Part shown: in pieces, positions 58,601 to 64,000 of the stretch
Layout: each line of letters starts with the position of its first letter
Position numbering within the stretch: the first letter of the stretch is position 1
NCBI GenBank assembly: GCA_036172245.1
Contig: JAYWIR010000116.1
Span: 1 to 64,000 of the forward strand
From: Raillietiella orientalis
Taxonomy: Eukaryota
Direction: 5' to 3'
DNA: 64,000 nt
Notes under the pieces: model-generated
Databases searched by the model: none
Told to the model about the DNA's origin: nothing
The model's input: the letters and a program-made list of their open reading frames with translations, nothing else
Made by a program: the position numbers and the translations under genes

Positions 58601-59790
58601 GAGAGCTCTTTTTGTTCCGAGGCTGCAGTTCTGGCTGAGAATCCCTGAGGAACCGCCTCTACTCGAACGTCGAGGCGGCCAATTACTACCGCGGATAAGC
58701 TATTGTACTGCGGTGAGGATAGGAGTAACGGTTCGTCCTGCATTGTCCTTTCCTCATTCTGTGGGGTCCTAGCTATCCATTAAGGTGGTTGGTTTTCCTT
58801 CAACCACCATTTTTTGTTGCTTTTCCCTTCAGTTACGTTCAATTCCTCCGACGCTGCTGAAACAGGAGAAAGTTCCTTATTAAGTTCTTTTCTCTTTCTT
58901 TTTTCTTTTCTTTTTCTTGCTTCCGTGAAGAATGCAGCCGCGCTTGTGCTGACTTCCTCTACTTCTTTTTCTTCTTCTTTCCTCTGAACTGTCGGCAACG
59001 GGGAAATTCCCTGCGCATCGAGCCACTTCCAATATCTTGGGCATTCTTTCTTGACGTGTCCCGATTTCTTGCAGTGGTGACACTGAAGGGCCTTTGTGCA
59101 GGCTTTGATAAAACGACCATGCTGACCACAATGGAAACAACATGCTCTCAGGCATGAACCCAGCCGATGGCCAAACTGCTTACATCCAGTGCAGAATGTG
59201 AACTCCATACGGTATCGCACCAGCACATGTTAAGAGTATACATCTATACAGACTTCTCCCGACATCCTCGCATCATCAAACAGCCTGATTCTGGACACTG
59301 CTTCTTCGGTGAAGACTCCTATCATTAAAGGACGAAAGGACATTTGTACTTCTCCGCATTCGAATGAAAATCCCACGCAACCTCTTCTGCGGGAAGCCAC
59401 TGATCTCCGTAAAGAACACGGTGGTATAACTTTCCTCTTCCATTTCGCGCAGGTGACGTCCGTTCATAACTATTCCATGTTCCAGGAGCATTTCCTGGAA
59501 TTCTTCATCCTTGCTGTAGAATGTAAAACCGATTGCACTTGAAATGATGGCCTTAACATCGTTAAAGTTTACCTTTCTTTCGTGCGACACGAAACAAATA
59601 TCCCTGAAATTCTGTATTTACAACATATCAGATTTCAAGGAAACAGGTTTTACATCTGGCTCCATCTTCCACATGGGTTATTTGACAAGCTTTACTTGAA
59701 TTACGAATAACACTGCTTCTCTCGCCAGCGTTAACGCTGAAACGCCTGAACTCGTTCACAGCGCCGCCGTTACCACTGCGTAGGAACGAA
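55670..59790 (-). mobile_element. Element J: distantly related, lower-GC L1-clade element with decayed ORF1 (about 59780-58430) and ORF2 (from about 58410), 3'-truncated
   Basis: Three knuckles (CTGCKQFGH, CFHCGQHG, CHHCKKSGHVKKEC); KIASWNVDG, NIDHVIF, QWRPTSIMNTDAK, DMEKAFD, QGDALSP, AYADD. Confidence 0.9.
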
Positions 59791-59799
59791 ACGGTGATG

Positions 59800-60030
59800 C
59801 TGCTCCGGACCCCAACACAGCTACTACCATCGATGGCCTTGGTGGGAAAGTCTCCACGATATTTTCGTGTGGTTCGTATCCGTCGCCTGGAGGAGTTCAA
59901 CTCTAAAGCCAAGAGGCATGCCTGGCAATCCGCGTATGTCTGCGTACTGAGCGAGCAAAGCCAGGAGCACTCAACCATGATGCTGGATTTTGCGGGATTT
60001 TTACATCTCCCTGTATGAGAGAAAAACACA
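59800..60030 (+). mobile_element. Short ORF2 linker remnant
   Basis: RRLEEFNSKAKRHAWQS...EQSQEHS matches RRLAEYKAKAERQAWQS...DQGQEHS. Confidence 0.65.
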
Positions 60031-60039
60031 CGAACCTTC

Positions 60040-61060
60040 TTCGCCCTCGGGTCCTCTACAGCTGCTTCTGAGCTGAAGGATGGCTCAGCATTGGGTTGGA
60101 TGGCCAGGCGGGATTCTGCCAGTTCCTAGCCTTTGTCCTGTTCTCCCGGCATCTCTTCACTCCTCGCGCCTACCGCGACAAACCTTTTGCGATTGGGGCA
60201 CATCCGCCTGATAAGCCCCCTTCTCCGCAGCATGAGCACACGATGTTTTGTGACATGTAATCTCCGGGGCATTTTCTCTTCAGGTGCCCCGAAAACTTGC
60301 AAAAGCCGCAGTAAACGGGTTTCCCCACGTACCACAGTTCGATCTCCTCCTCCCCAACCTGCAGTCTGTGGGGTAGCCCACCCTCGGCACGGAGCGTCAA
60401 GCGCGCAGCGGCATAACCACCGAATGCCCTGGTGTAACCCAGGAGATTGGGTTGTGCCCACAACGCGTGGACGGTTCCCAACTTTTCTAAACTTCCGCGA
60501 GCGGCGGTCTTTACCATTCGCATCGTGATTCCGGTGAAGTGGACTACGATCGAATTGTCCGCCGTGAACGGGAAAATTCTTCTCCCGTTCACGCTTACCG
60601 ACCGGCGGAGCAGCTCTTGGGGCATCCCTGCAGACTTGCAGTTCAGCTCAACAATCTGCCCGCCAATTCTAACCGAAAGCCCGAAGACTTCGTCCTCCGG
60701 CACTTTAAAATTTTTGAATTTCGCGGCGAAAGACCGCAAGACCGCGGGGGAATATAGGCCTACTACCTTATAAAGCAGGGCCGGGTTGTACCCGTCGGCC
60801 ATGTACGCCCGCTGTTCCTATGCTGGGTGCGGCGCAAACGCCGCCAACACCGCGCTCCAAGCCCTCTCCGGGGCGGGGAACGAATCTGTGGGGGGATGGG
60901 ACCCACATCCATGGGTTGGAAGAACGACGCTCGCTCTCCCCCCTCCGCAATTTGGCGGCGTCCTCGGGCATTTCTGCGCATAAAAAACCGCGCTAGAAAC
61001 ACTGGAAACACCCGCGAAAACGAAGATTCTTGCGAGCTCCACAAAAACAAGTTTACTCAC
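60040..61060 (-). mobile_element. Diverged ORF1 5' fragment with 5' UTR
   Basis: GYNPALLYKV, LPHRLQVGEEEIELWYVGKPVYCGFCKFSGHLKRKC. Confidence 0.85.
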
Positions 61061-61079
61061 CGCGGTAACGTCACCAATT

Positions 61080-62745
61080 CAAACCCAGATGTGCCAAGGC
61101 ATTTATTTCATGGAAATGAAAATACATTAAAATGTCGCGTGGCAAACCCGAAGGTTCACCACTCCAAAACAGCTTGCTGGTTGCCGGTTCTATGCCAGAG
61201 AGGTCCTTTCGATGCGCGGGGATAAGGAATAAAAAACAAAAGAAACAAAAAGTTCAAATGTGGGGGGGAACAAATATTCTAGGGATGGGAGGGAGGGGAA
61301 GGGATCACTTTGCGCGTTAATAGGTTCTCTAGATCCTACTCAGGATTCGGACAAGCTGAGTCCTGTCTGCGCCTAAGTGGCGCCACTTGCAGACACTGCG
61401 CGCGGAAAGGCGAGTCCAGTGTAAGGCGTTGCCGGCTGGCTGACGCCTTCTTCTGGTGGCGTTCCAAGCCGCCACGATTCCTCGGATGCAGCAGAGGACT
61501 GCTACACTAGCGGGCGAGGACAAGGCGTCACTACAGGAGAGACGCCTTAAAACGACCTTTGGGCCGCAACCGCGCAAGTCCAGGATCGTCGTGAGACGAT
61601 CCCACAAAGAACGGAGGGCGCTACACTCAAGAAGAAGGTGAGGGAATGTTTCTTTTTGCTCACACCGCTCGCAGTTAGGATCCACAGCCCCCCGGGTGGT
61701 GTGGTACAAACGTGCTTTGTAATCCCCAGAGCACCACAAGCAACGCCACATCCTGCCATTTCAGGGGGAGGAATGCACTGTTTCAGGACGCTGGGGGCTA
61801 CCTCATGTCCTCCTAAGATAGTCCGAGTAGCTCTCCTCAGCGTTAAATTCCGTTCGCCGGGACACTCGGCGTGGAAGCGTCAGCTAGCTTGAGATGTCCA
61901 CGCCTTTATCGATTTTGTCCTGCTGCCTATGGTGCAGGACACGGTCCTTTTCCCCTGCTCGCTACTGTCCCTGACGATTACAAGGAAGGGCAGCACTAAG
62001 GTGAGGGGGGTTATCAGGGCCCACATTAGCTTATCGCGGGACCGCACGATCTCCTGCAGCTTCCAGCGGGCGTGCCTTCGCAGGCAAGTGTTCCTCGTGC
62101 CCGCCGGAAGGTGGATCTTTACCCAGGTAAACAATGCCTCGTGCAACCATGCAGAGTAGTTCCCTGGGAGGCAGGAGATCCAGGCGTTTTCTCGTACCAC
62201 AACGTCCATGCTACGCAAGAGAAAGCCCCCCTGGGCTTCTCTGCGGTCGCGCGCCAACAAAAACGACAAAAGTCCGCCGAATCCTCAGGCTTGTTGGACC
62301 AAGAGGCGTGCTGGAACGCACCAAGGCGTCTTCCACAAATTGACTGCAAGGGAGAGAGTCCTAAAACTCAGTTGTTTTTCCATGCGCTTTAGCGTAAGAA
62401 CGCAAAGTCCACCGTCCTTACGTGCAGTGCACAAGTCTTTGAGCCTCACACGGGACCTCTTTTTGCCCCAAATGACTGTCCTCAGGAGGCCCGCTACTTC
62501 TTTTCGAATAAAATAAGGGGCGGGGCAAACAAAAAGTAGGAAACGAAGAAGAAAGGCTGCGAACGCGTTCCACACCGCGGCCCGTTCCAGCAAGTAGAAC
62601 TTGCCTTCTTGGAACGGATCGATCGCTAACGCTGCCTTTTGGAGACGGTCGGACCAGGATTCTGCTGCGCAGAAGTCCCCCAACGGTACGCCGAGGTACT
62701 TGAAGCACCTGCCCGTGGGGATCCCCAAGTGGATCCAGTGCGATT
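61080..62745 (-). mobile_element. Element F2, 5'-truncated ORF2 C-terminus and 3' UTR
   Basis: Closely similar to F1 about 1240-2909; CERCEQKETFPHLLLEC. Confidence 0.9.
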
Positions 62746-62791
62746 GTCTCCAAAAGGTCCAGTCCAGAGTCGTTCAGCGAGTGGCCGAGCA

Positions 62792-63487
62792 GCGTCCGCC
62801 GTTTGCCACTCGAATATGCCGGGGCATTTATTATTCTAATTTTCTACAAAAATTAGATGATAAAGTCTTCCAAAAGTTAATTGTGGGAAACACTTGGTTT
62901 TCCCACCTTGGTTGACGTGTCTGTTGCCGGTGCATAGACCGGTTAAATCCATTCCCGAGGCACATGGGAAGGAAAAACTAGAACAAAAACAAAAAAAAGA
63001 GAGTTAACGGGGAGGGAAATAGTTGTATGGGGAGAGGGGGGGGGCAGGGAAGGGATCACTGGGCGCCTGGGTCGGTCCTCCGAATCCTGTTAAGGATGCA
63101 GTCAAGTTCTGCTTTAACTGTGAAAGGTAGACGTCACCTGCGTCCGCCGTTTGCCACCCGGATATGCCGGGGCATTTATTATTCTAATTTTCTACAAAAA
63201 TTAGATAATAAAGTTTTTCAAAAGTTAATTGTGGGAAACACTTGGTTTTCCCACCTTGGTTGACGTGTCGGTTGCCGGTGCATAGACCGGTTAGGTCCAT
63301 TCCCGAGGCGCATGGGAAGGAAAAACCAGAACAAAAACAAAAAAAAGAGAGATAACGGGGAGGGAAACAGTTGTATGGGGAGAGGGGGGGGGCAGGGAAG
63401 GGATCACTGAGCGCCTGGGTCGGTCCTCCGCATCCTGTTCAGGATGCAGTCAAGTTCTGTTTTAACTCTGAAAGGTAGACGCCACCT
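62792..63487 (-). repeat. 348-bp direct tandem duplication of the 3' end of element K
   Basis: Units 62792-63139 and 63140-63487 with scattered substitutions; each starts GCGTCCGCCGTTTGCCAC on +. Confidence 0.92.
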
Positions 63488-64000
63488 TGTCGCCGTCTCT
63501 AAAGAGATCGTCGTTTAGTGGATGGCGTCCCTGCATCTTGGGCCTCTTCTTCTGGCGTGCCACCTTGGCACAATGCCGCGCACGCAGCACAGGACTGCTA
63601 GAGACGCGGCGGGGCGCAGGCCGTCACGCAGAAAGAGGCGACGGTAAATTTCCTTAGGGTCGCCTACTGGAAGGTGGAGGATTGGGGCGATTCGACTCCA
63701 GAGTCCATCCAGGGCGACACACTCGAGGGTGAGATGCGGGAAGGTTTCTCTTTCTCCGCACTCGACACAGCGGGCATCCACATTTCCGAGTGTCCAGTGA
63801 GACAGGCGTGCTCTGCTTAACAGTCCCCAGTGCAGAAATAGCAACGCCGTCTCCTGCCACTTCAACGGAAGTGTGCCGCAATCCCAACACGCTGGGGGCC
63901 ACTTCACCTCCTCCGGAGGTATTGCGATCAGCTCTCCCCAGCGCGCAAGTCCGTGAGGCGGGACGCTCGGGGTGGCAGCGTCCGTGAGCTCATGAGTCGT
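63149..64000 (-). mobile_element. Element K, ORF2 C-terminus and 3' UTR; cut by the window end
   Basis: PLKWQETALLFLHWGL, CVECGERETFPHLTLEC. Confidence 0.9.

Overview
Eukaryotic (probably animal) repeat region with no ordinary host gene. Almost the whole 64 kb is a nest of about 25 mostly decayed L1/Tx1-clade non-LTR retrotransposon copies (ORF1 with CCHC knuckles; ORF2 with APE endonuclease, RT with YADD and a C-terminal zinc finger). Family letters A-K are my working labels. (1) The nesting is not random: families recurrently insert at the same nucleotide of a conserved coding motif of another family. A inserts into the RT KAFD codons (3 times), C into the PxGF linker (3), B into the A-family ORF1 tail (2) and D into the APE GGRL codons (2); E sits once in the APE GDFN codons. 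Where both ends survive there are 9-14 bp target duplications. This looks like a community of retrotransposons that target each other. (2) Two diverged copies of a pol-less unit each carry an intact 128-aa ORF that aligns without gaps to barrier-to-autointegration factor (BAF). Each ORF has a splice-acceptor-like site upstream and a degenerate (TTAGG)n tract downstream; the longer copy also has a gag-like ORF. Other signals are a shared AATAAA+hairpin 3' end without poly(A), a shared 5' GGACGTG motif, TAATG versus AUG-less ORF1/ORF2 junctions, and a shortened APE domain. All homologies were recognised by eye; no searches were run.
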